Source: Amoebidium appalachense (Eukaryota > Protista > Ichthyosporea). Taken from it: a stretch of 64,000 nt of DNA. The translations under genes and the position numbers were made by a program. Positions 1 to 14,316 of this stretch are shown here, in pieces. Within the stretch, counting starts at the first letter, position 1. Each line of letters begins with the position of its first letter. The notes beneath the pieces were generated by a model. It saw only the letters and a program-made list of their open reading frames with translations. It was not told the DNA's origin and made no database searches. The stretch spans positions 2,992,907 to 3,056,906 of the forward strand of contig CAVNZM010000001.1 in NCBI GenBank assembly GCA_963693365.1, in the 5' to 3' direction.

Positions 1-2947
1 GTACTCTGTTTGCTGACCCGAACGAGAACGGTGCCATGGATAGCGGTGAGAAGGGTGTCCCCAACGTTAAGATCCAGGTGATTAACCCGGCAACCGGCGC
101 TGTGGTGTCTACGGTCAACACCGATGATACCGGCAAGTACACCATTTCGGGTCTTCCCCCCGGTCAATACACTCTCCGTGTGGATAACACCACTTTGCCT
201 GCCGGCTACCTGCCCGTCCGTGTGACTGACAGCCAGACAACCGTAAACCTTCAGCCCGGCGGCACCTCCAGTGTCAGCTTTGCATACAAGCCCAAGGGTG
301 TGACTCTGAGTGGGTCCGTGATCAGCGATACCAACGCCGATCGCAACCCGGCAAGCCCCGGCCTGGCAGGTATCCGCATTGTTATTGTGGACAAGTCCAC
401 GGGTAGCACCGTCACCACCACCACCACCAGCGCCACCGGTACTTTCTCAGTTACCGGCCTTCTGCCCGGCACATACATCACCCGTGTTGATTTTGCCTCC
501 GTGCCTGTCGGCTACCTTCCCACGGCGGCGCAGGATAAGGAGGCAACCAACACGCTCAACCCCGGTGAGTCTGCAAGCAACACGTTCTTCTACTACCCCA
601 AGAAGGGTGGGTTCTACGGTAGCGTGTTCCAGGACCCCAACCAGAGCGGTACTCAGGACAGCGGCGAGCCCGGTGTGTCTGGGGTTAAGCTGATTGTTAC
701 CGATAAGGCAACGGGCAAGGTGGTGGCTACGATCACCACCGATGCCAACGGCAAGTTCAACGTCACGGGCACGCTCCTCCCTGGCACATATGTGATCAAG
801 GTTGACCCCACCACCATTCCTGCTGGCTACGAGCCGCTCACACCGCTTGATAGTGAGGTGACTAAGACTATTGCCCCCGGTGAGAATCTAGCCATCAACA
901 TTTCCTACAAGCCCAAGTTGTGTTCTGTCAGCGGCACCGTGTTTGATGATTCCAACGGTGACGCCACCATCACAGCGGATGAGGCCGGCCTCTCGGGTGT
1001 GCGTGTGACCATTGTCAGCAACACTACTGGTGTGATTGTAGCAACACTGACCACCGACTCCACGGGCAAGTTCACCACCACCTCCCTGCCCTACGACACC
1101 TACGTGTTCCGTGTTGATACCACCACCGTCCCTGCCGGATACCAGAGCACCACCCCAACCTCAGTGAACAAGGCCATTGCACCCGGCTCAAGCACCACGG
1201 TCAACTTTGGCTTCCAGCAACAGGCCAAGGGATTCATCGAGGGTATTGTCTTTGAGGACATAGATACAAGCGGTATTCTCGACCCCAGCGACCCCGGTTT
1301 TGCCGGAGTTAAGGTCTCACTGATGCAGAATGGTAAGGTGATTGCTTCAACCACCACCAACGTCGAGGGTTGGTACATGTTCGGCAACCTTGCCCCCGGT
1401 TCCTACGTCGTTACCGTTGATAGAACCACTCTTCCCAGCGGTTTCACAGCCAACACCGATGCTGCTACCAAGACCGTGCCTGCCGGCTCTGGTGTGCGCG
1501 CGGATTTCGGCTACAAGAGATCCACACCACCCCCCGCATGTAACGCCCTCCCAGTTGAGAAGGCAACGTATGCACCTGACTCCATCAGTCTGTGTGTGCT
1601 CGGCGGCCACAACTGCCACGCGGATGCTCTTTGCCTTGAGCAAGACGACGGCAGCTACAAGTGCCAGTGCAAGAAGGGTTTCAATGGTGACGGTGAGCGG
1701 TGCCAGCCCAATGCATGCAATGCCACCATGTGGGCATCATGCCCCGTGGATGCTCGCTGTGTCGTTACCACCACAGGACCCGCATGCACGTGCCGCAACG
1801 GATACACAGGTACTGGTTGCTCGTCATCCACCGGTGCTGGAAGTACGGGTGCATGTGCCCCGTCCCAGTGCATCACCAACAACCCGTGCAACGAGTATGC
1901 AACGTGTTTGTTGAATGATGACGGAACAACGGCGTGTCGCTGCAATGATGGGTTCTCTGGCGACGGCAAGTACTGCATCCCGCTGGCGTGCTCCAAGCCT
2001 TCAACGTGCGATGTGAACGCCATATGTGCACGTGGATCACAGCTGGACATGTGCTACTGCAAGAAGGGGTACGAGGGTGACGGCAAGACGTGCGTCCCTG
2101 TTGGTATGTTTACCACCCCCCCCTCCCCCCCCCCCTCCATGTTTCCACCCTTCAAATACGTGTCCCCCCCATCCCCACCCACCCACCCACCCCTCTTTCA
2201 CCACAACACAAACATTGCTCTTCAAGCAACACCATTGCCACACTTGCAAGAACCATGAGCACATGTACGCCGGCATTCAAATTTACCATACTTCAACTAG
2301 ATCATCTCGTCGCCCTCTCACTAGTCGGTTGTAAAGTTATTAATCATCCATTTCAAACAGGTTGTGCTGCCAGCAACTCTGCCGGCTACACAGCTCTCTC
2401 CCTCGCCACCGCCACCGCCACCTCCACTAACGTCACCACCTACGCAAACGCCGCAAGTGGTATCAACGCAGTATTCGTTGTGACGGGTGCTACGGCCCAT
2501 ACAGCAAGTGACGTAGTGTTTGGTGCGAACTCAATCACCTTAAGCAAGGCCGGTACCTATCGGTTCCAATTGAGCTTCACTGATTCCACCGGTGTCGCAG
2601 CTGCAGTTAAGGGTAGCTGCCTTATCTCCAACATCATTAAGGGATACGACGGCGCCACTGCTGCACGCCTAAATATGGCAAACATTGCCAAGGTGGCCGT
2701 GAGCAAGTCCTCTGCGGTGACAATTCAGCGGCACGCCCGCCCGTTCGCCTACACTTTGGTTGCTTCTAGCGGCGCAGCGTTTACTAGCAACGCTGTTAAT
2801 GGTATTCAGTTTGATTTCTGGAACCAAAATAGCGTCGAGTTTGAGCTCTCTAGCAGCATCACGGCCGCAAAGACCACATTTGTGTTTAACTGCGGCCTGC
2901 CTTCAGCCATTCCCGCGGCAGACGCCAAGTGTGTGAGCCCAAGGTAA
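1..2947 (+). CDS. Secreted/surface protein, 5' partial: at least 5 SdrD-B/Cna-B-like repeats, 4 EGF-like domains and an unknown beta-rich C-terminal domain
   Basis: Frame is open from position 3 (TLFADPNENGAMDSGEKGVPNVKIQV). Five ~100-aa repeats follow the pattern GxVFxDxNxxGxxDxGEPGxxGVxVxL...TTDxxGxYxxxxLxPGxYxxxVD. Four 6-Cys EGF units follow (e.g. CHADALC...CQCKKGFNGDGERC). Exon 1 ends at 2103 (G|gtatgt); intron 2104-2360 ends in aaacag; exon 2 starts at 2361 in phase (GCAASNSAG...). The 3' end is uncertain: stop at 2947 or a further small exon near 3050-3200. Confidence 0.85.
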
Positions 2948-3656
2948 ATACTCCTCTCTGTATGTGTATGTGATGTGTGACCCCCCCCCCCCCCCCCCCC
3001 CCCCTCACCCCTCTCCCTCCCTCCCGTTCTCCCTCCCTTTCTCTTAGACTGCAGTAAATCTGTGTGGTGAAGAGTGGGATGCTCATAGGAACAGTGCCGC
3101 TAATAGCATCGTTATATTGTGTTGTGGTGGGAGATGGCATACCGGTTTCTAACATGCATTTTTCTTTCCTTGCAGCTCATACCCCGTGGTGTTCTGAAGG
3201 CCGAAACTGGACCAGCAAGAAACCCAGTTTTATCATCGTGCAACCGTCATATAAATGCACAGATATAATAGATGGGCTTGTTTAGAACTACGTTTCACTG
3301 AAATAGTAATATGTATTAAGAACTAGAAAGATGTACACGTTCACACATTGAATACTTAATCGAGGTTGAGTGTGTGAAAAGCTGATCTATTTTCCAAATA
3401 GATATATATCCCAAATTATTTCTAAAATATATGTGCGGGGATACACACGTATGGTATTCCAAATGAAATTTTATAAAAAGTACGTGGGCAAACACTGAGC
3501 CCGTTTAGATATAAAGGAGTGCGGGTATATATCCCACCCACCTGCTTGCAGCATGCCCTAATGAGATAACAATCATTGTAATGATTTAGGTCTGATAAAA
3601 GAAAATAAATCATATGAATCATAGTGTCTGTTTCGATTATGCAAATTTCCGGAAAC

Positions 3657-3699
<43 letters not shown>

Positions 3700-3738
3700 A
3701 GAAAAGAAAAGAAAAAGAAAGAAAAGACCGACCCCCCT

Positions 3739-3770
<32 letters not shown>

Positions 3771-3988
3771 CCCCCCCCCCCCCACCCCAGTTGACTGTGC
3801 ACCTGGCAAGCACACAGGGATTTTATCATTTGAAACCGCCGATTTTTTGCCCACGCGCGCACACACAGACACCCACACCTACACACACAAACACATAAGC
3901 ACACGGCCGTATATCAGATATGTGTTGCACATTCGCGTGTGTGTGTGTGCGTGCGCGCGCGCGCACGCACACACACACACACACCGAT

Positions 3989-4032
<44 letters not shown>

Positions 4033-4555
4033 CATGTACATGTACACACGCATCCGCACACACACACACACGACGTCTACACACACGCACACCAACACAC
4101 ACATGCACACACACACACCCGTGCGCGCGCGTACATGTACACACATAAACACCCACACACACACCCACACACGTGCACACACACACGACTCCTCTGGCGA
4201 ACTAGTAACAACCCAATTTTTTTAAAGGATTCTCGGCCCCAATCGAATGGCTCAAAATATTTAAAAGGATTCTCGGATCCAATCAGCCGATCACATTTCA
4301 GTCTATCCGATTTTCGGACCCGTCCAGGCGTTATCACTATTTGGCCCTATGACATGTACACAACACACGTGTACATGCACACATACGCGTACACGCACAC
4401 GCATACCGCACATGTGCACCCACCCCCACACACACACCAATCTACCACCGTTGTGTTGAACGATGATCATGATGGCAGTGATCACGGTGGTCGTATGAGG
4501 GACAGTGTTGTGTGTACACGTGTGTGTGTGTTTATGTACGTGCACGTGTGTATGT

Positions 4556-4624
<69 letters not shown>

Positions 4625-4749
4625 GGAACAAAAGTGGCCGAACGAAAGAAAAGGTCGCCAATTAACGTTAAAGGGAAAGACAAAAGTGTCCAAACAGAAG
4701 AAAATGTCGCCGACATTAATGGGGGCTCTCGATCGAGGGGAGGGGGGGA

Positions 4750-4783
<34 letters not shown>

Positions 4784-5065
4784 GGGGAGGGGGGAGGGAT
4801 ATCTTGAACATTTCGTTCAATATTGGAGTCCACTTGAACTCCCTTGCAACGGAATCTTTTTGATGGTTGTAATTCTTTATTATTATCCACTGCCTCACCC
4901 GTATAATGGCGCACCAATTAAGACAACAAGCACATCGATCCATTTGGCCCACGTGCCTTTCTTTTACACACACGTGAGTTGTAGTGATCCTTAGTCGTGG
5001 CTCGATAAGGGAAAACGTGTTCTTCACCTCCTACGTCCGTGCACATGCAGGGCGGGTGGATGGGT

Positions 5066-5119
<54 letters not shown>

Positions 5120-5392
5120 ATGGTGGAAGATGGCGGCAAACAAGCAGCTAAAATGTACCAAAGAAGAATCGCCTAGTTAACGTCCACGTCGGCATTTTTC
5201 TAAGATTCCTTTATTAATTTGGCAATTATGCAACCTCTGAACCAGTACTTGGCCCCATGTACAGGCAAAGCCAACTATATACTATTACCCTGCCGCTAAT
5301 ATGACGTAGTAATGAGGCCAAAAAGGCGACACGCCATATAATGCCAACATCGACCTGAACGAGGTGACTTTTCAATCACAATCGGTACTCAC

Positions 5393-5433
<41 letters not shown>

Positions 5434-5792
5434 ACCCCACCACCACCACCCCCCACCCCACCCCCACCCCCTGCGCGCACACGCACAGCAAAAAGCCACC
5501 ACGCCAGGGACAAAGAAATCTGTATGCTTTGGTCAAACATGGGCAATTTATACACTTTGTGCTCCTGCTACCCTTCTAAGAAATGGAGTTGCGCCGTGTC
5601 CGCATGTGACGATGTGTACACACGCTGTGCGTGTGTTAGTGTGCGTGTGGATCCCTAAATGTGTGTGTGTATGCGTGTGTGTCTGTGCGCCCCCGTGCTC
5701 GCGTTCGCATGCGTGTGCGACGGAGAACACTTCAGAAATAAAATCAACAACCTATATGAACACAACGAAATAACTGCGTCACTGCACCACCA

Positions 5793-5910
5793 CTATTGCT
5801 GCTTTTTGCGCTCTCTGGCGGCTCGTTGGCACTCGGGACTGCAGTACCACTTGCCCTTGGGTAGATCCTTGAGGTTGACACAGCCAAAGTGGAACCACTC
5901 GATCTTGCAC

Positions 5911-5948
<38 letters not shown>

Positions 5949-5987
5949 CGTGTGTGTGTGTGTGTGTGTGGATGTACGTGTACGTGT

Positions 5988-6033
<46 letters not shown>

Positions 6034-6071
6034 ATGTACGTGTACGTGTACGTGTGTGTGTGTGTGTGTGT

Positions 6072-6110
<39 letters not shown>

Positions 6111-6491
6111 TGTACGTGTGTACGTGTGTACGTGTGTACGTGTGTGTGTGTGTGTGTGTGTGTGTCCATGTCATAGTATAGATTTGTAATGGGACAGGGG
6201 GTAGGGGGGTGGATGTTAATATGAATGAACATGTGCCTCATTCCCATACGCCCGTGCATGTACCACACCCTGCCAGGCGATCCTACCCTCCCCCCCCCCC
6301 CCTCCCCCCGGGGTCCTCCATAATATTAATAATAACTAATAGTAACAATCATTTCGAGCAGGTAATCACACACAGGCTTAAAGTAAACAAATTAACTAAA
6401 AAGCAGGGTGCCACCACCATACGGCCTCATTGGTAGACTCAGGAGAGCCAAAGGAGTGGTAATGGTGGTCGTGGAGCATGTGTGTGTTTGT

Positions 6492-6565
<74 letters not shown>

Positions 6566-6719
6566 ACATGGTCGTGGTGCCGTCTGGCAGTCTGGGCGAG
6601 ATTTGTTTTCTCTCCTTTTCCTTTTCATGGGGGGGGAGGGGGGGGGGGTTAGGCATGCGGTTCAAATTAACGAAATACAACCCTACTAAGGTGAAGTAGT
6701 GTGTGTGTGTGTGTATGTG

Positions 6720-6759
<40 letters not shown>

Positions 6760-6863
6760 CTTTACGTTTTTGTAGTCGCAGGCAACCATGTCCCCAAAAG
6801 ATGGCTGTGGAAAGAGGGGTGGATGAGTGAGCATCCCTCCTGCGGGCATTTTTGCGGGTATCG

Positions 6864-6898
<35 letters not shown>

Positions 6899-7649
6899 TT
6901 TTCCCGAGAGTCCAAGTCTTCTTTTGTGCCCGTTTCTACTTCTCCAGTGCCCGGGTGCTTGCCTCCCCCCTTCCAGTGCCCGGTGCTTGCCTCCCCCCCC
7001 CCCCCCCCCCCCCCCCCAACACACACACGCACACACACACACGCACACACAGACACACACACACACAAAACCACCACCACCGCCACCACCCACCCACCTC
7101 CTGTCCCCCCAACCTTCTCTCTCCCTACCCCCACCTCCTCACCATCCCACCCAGGGCCACATCCATCTCTCCTGCACGTGCACACCCGACCGACCGCCTG
7201 CCCCCCACCCACCCTTCCTCCCCAAGCCAACACCACTTGCCGGCTCTGTCACCCCCCCCCCCCCTCACCCCTAAACCAGTCTAGTGATTCTGCCCCAAAC
7301 ACCCCATCATATCGATTTCTCCCGAACTTCTTCCTCCCCTTCCCTTCTCCCCCCTGCCCCCTCCCCCCCCCCCTCCCCCCCCCCTCCCCCCCCCCCCCCT
7401 TCCCCCACCCATCCACCCCCCCACCCATCCCTGCCTCACCACCAACCAACCACCCTTTTTCGCACACCCCAACTTCTCTTTCCATGCATTTCCATGCATT
7501 TCCACCCCCTTCCACCCCCCTCCACGCACCCTGTTGCAGTAGCAGTACACAGGCTCATCGTTGTCGTCTCTGTGGTCTCCGTCAGGTGAAAGCGCTGCTG
7601 ACTTCTTCTCCTTGGGGTGCTTATCCTCCTGGGAAAAAAAAAGGGGGAA

Positions 7650-7688
<39 letters not shown>

Positions 7689-8107
7689 TTTATGAATCGT
7701 TAGATGCACACCTTCCATGCACCTTGTACAGTTGCACATGCACACAATCTCAAAGAAACAGTGTCACTTACACGTAGCACAGACACGACTGGCACTATAG
7801 ACACATAAATCACCCCGACTAGATACAACCACAATGCACATGGGTGTTAGGTATAATCCGGCTCCCCCAATAGTCAATAGAACTGGGTTCATTCATCTCG
7901 CCAAATACCTACAGTGTTTCATTCTTCACCGCCCACAACGATATTGCGCCAAAACGACATCAAAGGCGGTCCAGATACATCTATGGGCTCACTCTTTGCA
8001 TTCCCGATCTAGCTATCTACAGCTTTATCACACACTGTCTACCCCCTCCCTCCCCCACCTCCCCCATCCCCTAAACATGCACACGCACACACACACACAC
8101 ACGCACA

Positions 8108-8179
<72 letters not shown>

Positions 8180-8760
8180 ACACACACGCACACAAGCACA
8201 CACACACCCACACCTGCCACAACCATATAATGGACTCTTCCTTTACGTCTCTTATCACCCCCCCCCCCCCCCCCCCCCCCCCCCTTCTTCCCGACCTTTC
8301 CCTCCCTTCCCCCCCCTTTCGCCCCCCTCCCCTTTTACCCTCCTTTCAACCCTACCACCTGCGCACCCACCTGAAAAATTCCCCACTTGTAGGTTCGATC
8401 GCCCAACATGCAGCAAAGAGAACACCGGATCATACGTACAGTTCAATTTGGGGACCCAAAAAACAGTAAAACGTGACGGCGCCAGAAAATCGAAAGCCAA
8501 AGACACCAAAAAAGACACTAAACACAAAACAAGAAGGGCACACACACCTTCTTCCTCTTCTTCTCTCCATACTTGTCCCTCTCGGCATCCGACTCCGTTT
8601 TCCTCTTGACGCCCTCTGTGCAAGCACCAACAGTTAGCCGTTCATTCCCCCCCCCCCCCCCTCCCTTCCAAACCCCCCCCCCCTCCCCCCCCCCCCCAAA
8701 CACACACGCACACACACACACACACACATAATTCGCCGATTCATACTAGTTCAGCCCATT

Positions 8761-8791
<31 letters not shown>

Positions 8792-9015
8792 CCTCACCCC
8801 CCTCCTCTCCCCCTTCTTCCCCCAAAGTAGAGATTTACAATGCTACGGGAAGCAATCAGGAAAAAAAAGACTGACCCAATGCAGAGTTCACACAAAAAGG
8901 GCACAAGAAGGTATGCATCATCAGTGGGGGGTGGGGGGTGGGGGGAATAGTTAGGAAAATAGAATACTTGTGCAGATAGGCATGGGGATGGCCCGGCTGG
9001 ACTTTTTTTTTTTTT

Positions 9016-9061
<46 letters not shown>

Positions 9062-9500
9062 ACTACTCTGGCTGTTGGCACTTCCTGGGCGGTGTGCATC
9101 TCTCGGGGTAGGGGTGCCACCAAAGGGTGACCGTGAGTCCTTGGTGGCAGGCAGTGGTCTGACGTCAGAGTCCCGTGTCTTTCGGTCGGACTGGTACTTC
9201 TCGTGGTGGTGGTCCAGTGTGCGTGCATGTCCGTCAACCTGTGCGTGTTTGGGGGGCCAAAAAAAAAAAAAATGGAATGGAAAAATGGAAGGGAAAGGAA
9301 GGGACAGGAAAGGGAAATGAGAGAGGGTAAATGTGGGGTGATGTTTGGATGGGGTGTTTTGGTCAATGGTAGCATGGTGTGTGTGCTCGGAGATGAACTA
9401 TGCAGAGGTTGGGCAGGGAAGGCAAAGGCATAAAATAGGGGTGTTAACTAATACACACACGCACACGTGGAACCACGCATGAAGGTACATATACACTAAC

Positions 9501-9584
<84 letters not shown>

Positions 9585-11074
9585 GCCCTCCACCTCCAAC
9601 CCCTCCCCCCCCCCCACTTCCCAGTCCCCCCCAAAAAACACACAGAAGAAAACAGACAGACGTACAGAACACATCTTCAAACAAAAATCACCCACTCTCG
9701 TGCCCACAACCTACCCCCCCCCCCCCCCCCCCAGCGCCGGAACACACGCAAACAAAGAAAGAGGGGGGAAAACACGAACACCCCCACATCACCACACACA
9801 GAAGATCAGCACAAAAACTTCAAAAACAGAGAGGGAAAAACGGGATCGATGGGGTATGTTAGGGAAGCTGATGTAAGGGGATTTGTATTCAGGCAGAGTG
9901 TTCGCTCAAACATCCCAAGACACAAACGCACACACAGAGAGAATATGCCTGCATGGTTAGCCCGTGCGCCTGTACGTGCTTGTGTGAGTGTCAACACCCA
10001 AGAAAAAAGACATACCAAGTCATAGGTCTCCACGGTGAGCCTCTCCTTCTCAGCACTGCACCTATAGCACACCTCCAGCAAGCCGAGTAGTTCATGGAGC
10101 ACCGCCTGCTGGTTGGGTATGTCCTGAGACAGCAGGTTGCCTAGTAGGTCCTCGCACACACTGTCTAGACGCTCCACCGCAGCTGTGTGTGTGCATGTGT
10201 GGAGGTGTGTGTGTACGTGTGTGTGTACGTGTTTAGATGTATGTGCACGTGTGGATGTGTAGGTGTACGTGTGTGTGTACGCGGCATGCATGTGTACGCG
10301 TGTGTACGTGTTTAGATGTATGTGTACGTGTGGTTGTGTATGTGTACTTGCGTGTGTACGTCTTTAGGTGTGTGTGTTTGTCTTTGTGTGTGTATACATG
10401 TGTAGGTGTGTGAGTGCATGTGTGGTGGGTGCATGTAAGCGTGTGGATGTGTAAGTGTGTTAGTGTGTTGGTCGGTGTGCAAGTGTGTAGGTGTGTGTGG
10501 AAGTGTGTGGGTGTACGTGTGTGGGTGTACGTATGGAAGTATGTAGATTTACGTGTGCAAGTGTGTGAGCGCGTGTGCATGCGAGAAAGTACTCGTGTAC
10601 GTGTAAGCGTACATGTGTAAGTAAGTAGGTGTAAGTGTGTAGGTGTGTGTGTATGTGAATGCGTATATGTGTAAGTGTAGGTTTACAGTGTGCGGATGTG
10701 AACATGTTTAGGTGTTAAGAGTAGAAGTAATAGTATGTGTGTTAGTGAAAGTCCTTATGTGGTCGTGTATGCTTGTATGTGTATGTGTGTACGTGTACGT
10801 GTACGTGTGTGTGTTATTGTACGTGTACGTGCGTTGACGAACGCGTACGTGAGTGGGTGTACATGTACATGTATAAGTATGTGCATCTAAGGGTACGTAT
10901 GTAGAGAGCGAGAGAGCGAGAGAGCGAGAGAGAGGGAGACGGAGAGGGAGAGGGAAAGTGAGAGATAGAGAGATAGAGAGGGGGCGGAGGGAAAGCGAGA
11001 GAAAGAGTGAGAGAGAGGGGGGAGGGGGGGGAGGGAGAGGCCCTGAGGGAGAGAGAGGGCGCTAGAGAGAGAGG

Positions 11075-11125
<51 letters not shown>

Positions 11126-11143
11126 GGGGGGACACACACACAG

Positions 11144-11176
<33 letters not shown>

Positions 11177-11938
11177 TGTGTAGAGAGAGAAAGAGGAAGA
11201 GAGAGAGGCACCCTCACCGTAGGAGCTAGCATCGACCTCCTTCATGTGTGTGAACTTGCGCTGCAGCTCCACAGGCAGCCCCTCCACACCTGCACACACC
11301 ACACAGCGTTGGTCGGTCTGTCCAGAAAATATCCTCCCAACATAATTCTTGCTTGGTTCTCCACATGTGGCCAAACAATTGGGCAAAACTGGTGCTTATT
11401 CCATAGTTACACACATAGGATAGCAGCAGGAGTGTTGTATATAGTAGGAAGTTTTACACACTCCTTCCCCCCCCCCCCCCCCCTCCCCCCCCCCCCCCCC
11501 CCCCCGCCCCCCTCCGCCCCTTTCCCCGGGGACCCTCTTGTTGGCAAAAGAAAATCGCAAAAAAGACGATAAAGAGAACATTTAAAGAGTTAAGAAAAAA
11601 AGAAAAGAAAAAGAAAAAAAGGGACTGGGCTTTCCAAATGCAAGGTAAGGGTCCTTCTCCAGGTTTACCACGAAACCTGCCTCTTCCCTGCACCCCACCC
11701 CTTGCACAAACGCATGAACCAGCTGTGTAGTAGATACATTGATGCATCCGGAAACATAACCTGCACCTATTTTTAAGCTTCATGTCTTTGTATTGGAGCA
11801 CTTTTGTAATTTCACAAGACCACGGGAACACACGGAGAGCACTGAAGGGGGGGGGGGGTGGAAGGGGGAAAGGGAATTAGGGGGAAGGGGAGGATGTCGC
11901 TTACTGTCCAAGTAATAGTCTAGATACTGGCTTGCCAT
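5793..11938 (-). CDS. ING: Inhibitor of growth (ING4/ING5-like) PHD-finger chromatin reader, 8 exons
   Basis: Exons, with GT-AG boundaries and consistent phases: 11938-11905, 11289-11218, 10182-10016, 9238-~9067 (donor uncertain), 8615-8548, 7628-7530, 6804-6766, 5909-5793. The protein starts [31 protein letters not shown] (ING N-terminal domain), includes [13 protein letters not shown] and a basic NLS-like region, and ends in the PHD finger [49 protein letters not shown]. Confidence 0.93.
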
Positions 11939-13944
11939 GTTTGCAGTAAAACCTGGAATTTCAAAAAAAATCTCACGGTTAGCACTTGCATCATACTCTG
12001 TCTTTATGCAAAACACAACCAAAAGTAGAAGTGTGGCTGCATCTTCCTTTCGTCATGTTAAGTGAAAATGCAAGTCTATCTACCCTCCTCTCTCCGACCA
12101 CTTTTCCTGGTTCTGACCCTTACACACCCCTACACAGCCCAACCCGTGCCTACCACGACTTACACTCAACTTGTGCAGGTAAGAATATGTATTTTCACTG
12201 GAAGCACACACGTATTACATAAAAAGCCCATGTCATAAACATTTACGCCCGTGAGCACAAGCGCAGAATACACACAAAGACACACGGAGATGCGCAGGCA
12301 CAGTCACAGGCACTAGGTATGCAGGCAGGTAAACAAACACACAAGCAGAAACGGGCATATCACACACAAACTCACAACTCGTTATAAGTGCCCCCGTTGA
12401 CAAGCTGAGTTTTCACACGTTTACGGACATTGTGCTCGAAACATACAAACACAACCAGCCTGCAATAATCAGCTTAGCCTTAATCCGTGTACATGCCCAC
12501 ACGCATGCACCCATGCCACTGCAACATCCCCTAACACGGACACAAATACGCCGACCTCAACACCCAAACCACCCTCCCAGGAACCCACACACCCTTTCAC
12601 ACCGGTGTATTCACACAGACGCATGCACAAACCTACGGCATGCAGACACAATTCCATTCATGCGCACAAGAAGGCCTGCAAAAGATGAAAAATAAATCCC
12701 ACAGTTTGGAAAGGGTGCTTAGCATGCTGGACAAGAGTTACCTCAACCTTCGCCCACAACACGTTTTTTGTGCACTTATGCCCAAACAGTGCCAGACATG
12801 TTTGTTTGATGTCAAAGGGGATGCTTGTGCGTGTGTGTTTGCATGCGGGAAAAGTGCGTATAAGCAAAACAAAGAAGCAACCGCTTTTAACTTACCGATT
12901 TTGTTGTGTTCAATGATGTCCGGTAGCGGCTGGTGCCCGTTATGTGTGTATGGAAATTCTACCAACTACACGAGAACACTGAGTTGGAACTAGCTTGGTG
13001 CTAAAAAACTCTGCACGATCGCCTGTCGGCCCATGCGAGCCGGTTTGTAAGCTCACAAAGATGCACACTTTACTCGAATTCTTGAGTGCCAAGCAGCACA
13101 CCTGAAGTGAGTATTGATAGGCCCTTTTCGCATGCACAAATGTTGTGGGGGTGAGAAGTCATTCAGAAACTGGTGGGCTTATGCTTATCAGAAGGTCCTG
13201 CCTGAAAACAAAGTGGCCTTGATGCAAGTTAAGTTAGTGCGCGTAATCCAGATTTGCTCTAAAGCTTCAAGTTTGGTTTTCAAGCCTTTGCGGAACCTCA
13301 CTGAGAGTCTCTGACTCTGTAGGGACAACAGCCGCTCTTCCACTTTCCCAGAAAACATAACTATTTTTTGATTGGTTCAAACCGTATCAGCTTACGAAAG
13401 GCTGAGTGCTGATGTGTCCAATAGGAATCCTAGATGTCAAGCCAATCGGATCCGCTTCACCAATCAGCCTGGCGCATTCAATAACTCTGGCAGAAGCACA
13501 CCTTATTGTTTAGAATCTGGCAATAATAAAATGAGCTGAGGGACTACCATTATCAAAGAAATTTATGTAGTATACATGTGCTGTATATGAATTATTTGAT
13601 CCTGATCATGTGCAATTGTGCATCACGGACGGATTCACAAACTATCACCTTGAGAGCAACCAATAGGAAGCCCCACGTATTACTCGTTGCCCCTATTGGC
13701 TCACCTAAAATATCGTCACGAATTAGAAATTCGAATTGATGACGACATCCGCCTGTTACCTGTACGTGGTAATTAGGCTACAGTAATAATATATTTGTAG
13801 CTCCATTATAGCTCGGCAGCTAAGGCTAAAGAGTTCGAAGCAAATCTTGGTGAATATACAGTGCTTGTCTAACATTCAGAGTGTAGCAAGTTCTTAAAGC
13901 AAGATTGGATCTTCCGGTGGTATGCCGATTGCACATTCTTCCAG

Positions 13945-14035
13945 CCAATCACATCAATAGATCTTGAGCCCAAAGCCCGGCCAACTCGACTATAAAAAAG
14001 CGTGGCGAGTCTGGCGACGCGCATTTGTCAGTTGT
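13945..14035 (+). promoter_or_regulatory. Putative core promoter of the cathepsin gene (CCAAT, TATA, Inr-like)
   Basis: CCAAT at 13945, TATAAAAA at 13991, and pyrimidine-A-pyrimidine Inr-like CATTT/TCAGTT 30-40 nt downstream. More CCAAT boxes at 13370-13465 and 13660-13700 in the ING/cathepsin divergent interval. Confidence 0.45.
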
Positions 14036-14316
14036 CACCAACTACTTATTTGAATTTTTTAGTTTCGCTAAGCCCTGCGCTCGAGATAGAAGCGATAGCA
14101 GAACACATAGCATAATATACGAAACAATTGTCAAACACCGTGATACACATTTTGAACGCCGGTTACGCAGCATCTAGCAGTATCGAAAAATATTGTAAGG
14201 GCATCGATTCATTATAATATTAGCTAGGCAGTAATTTCAAGATATACTACATTCATAGTGAACGTGTGTGCGTATACAACCAAAATCAAACTAACACTCA
14301 AGTACCACGCTAGGAA

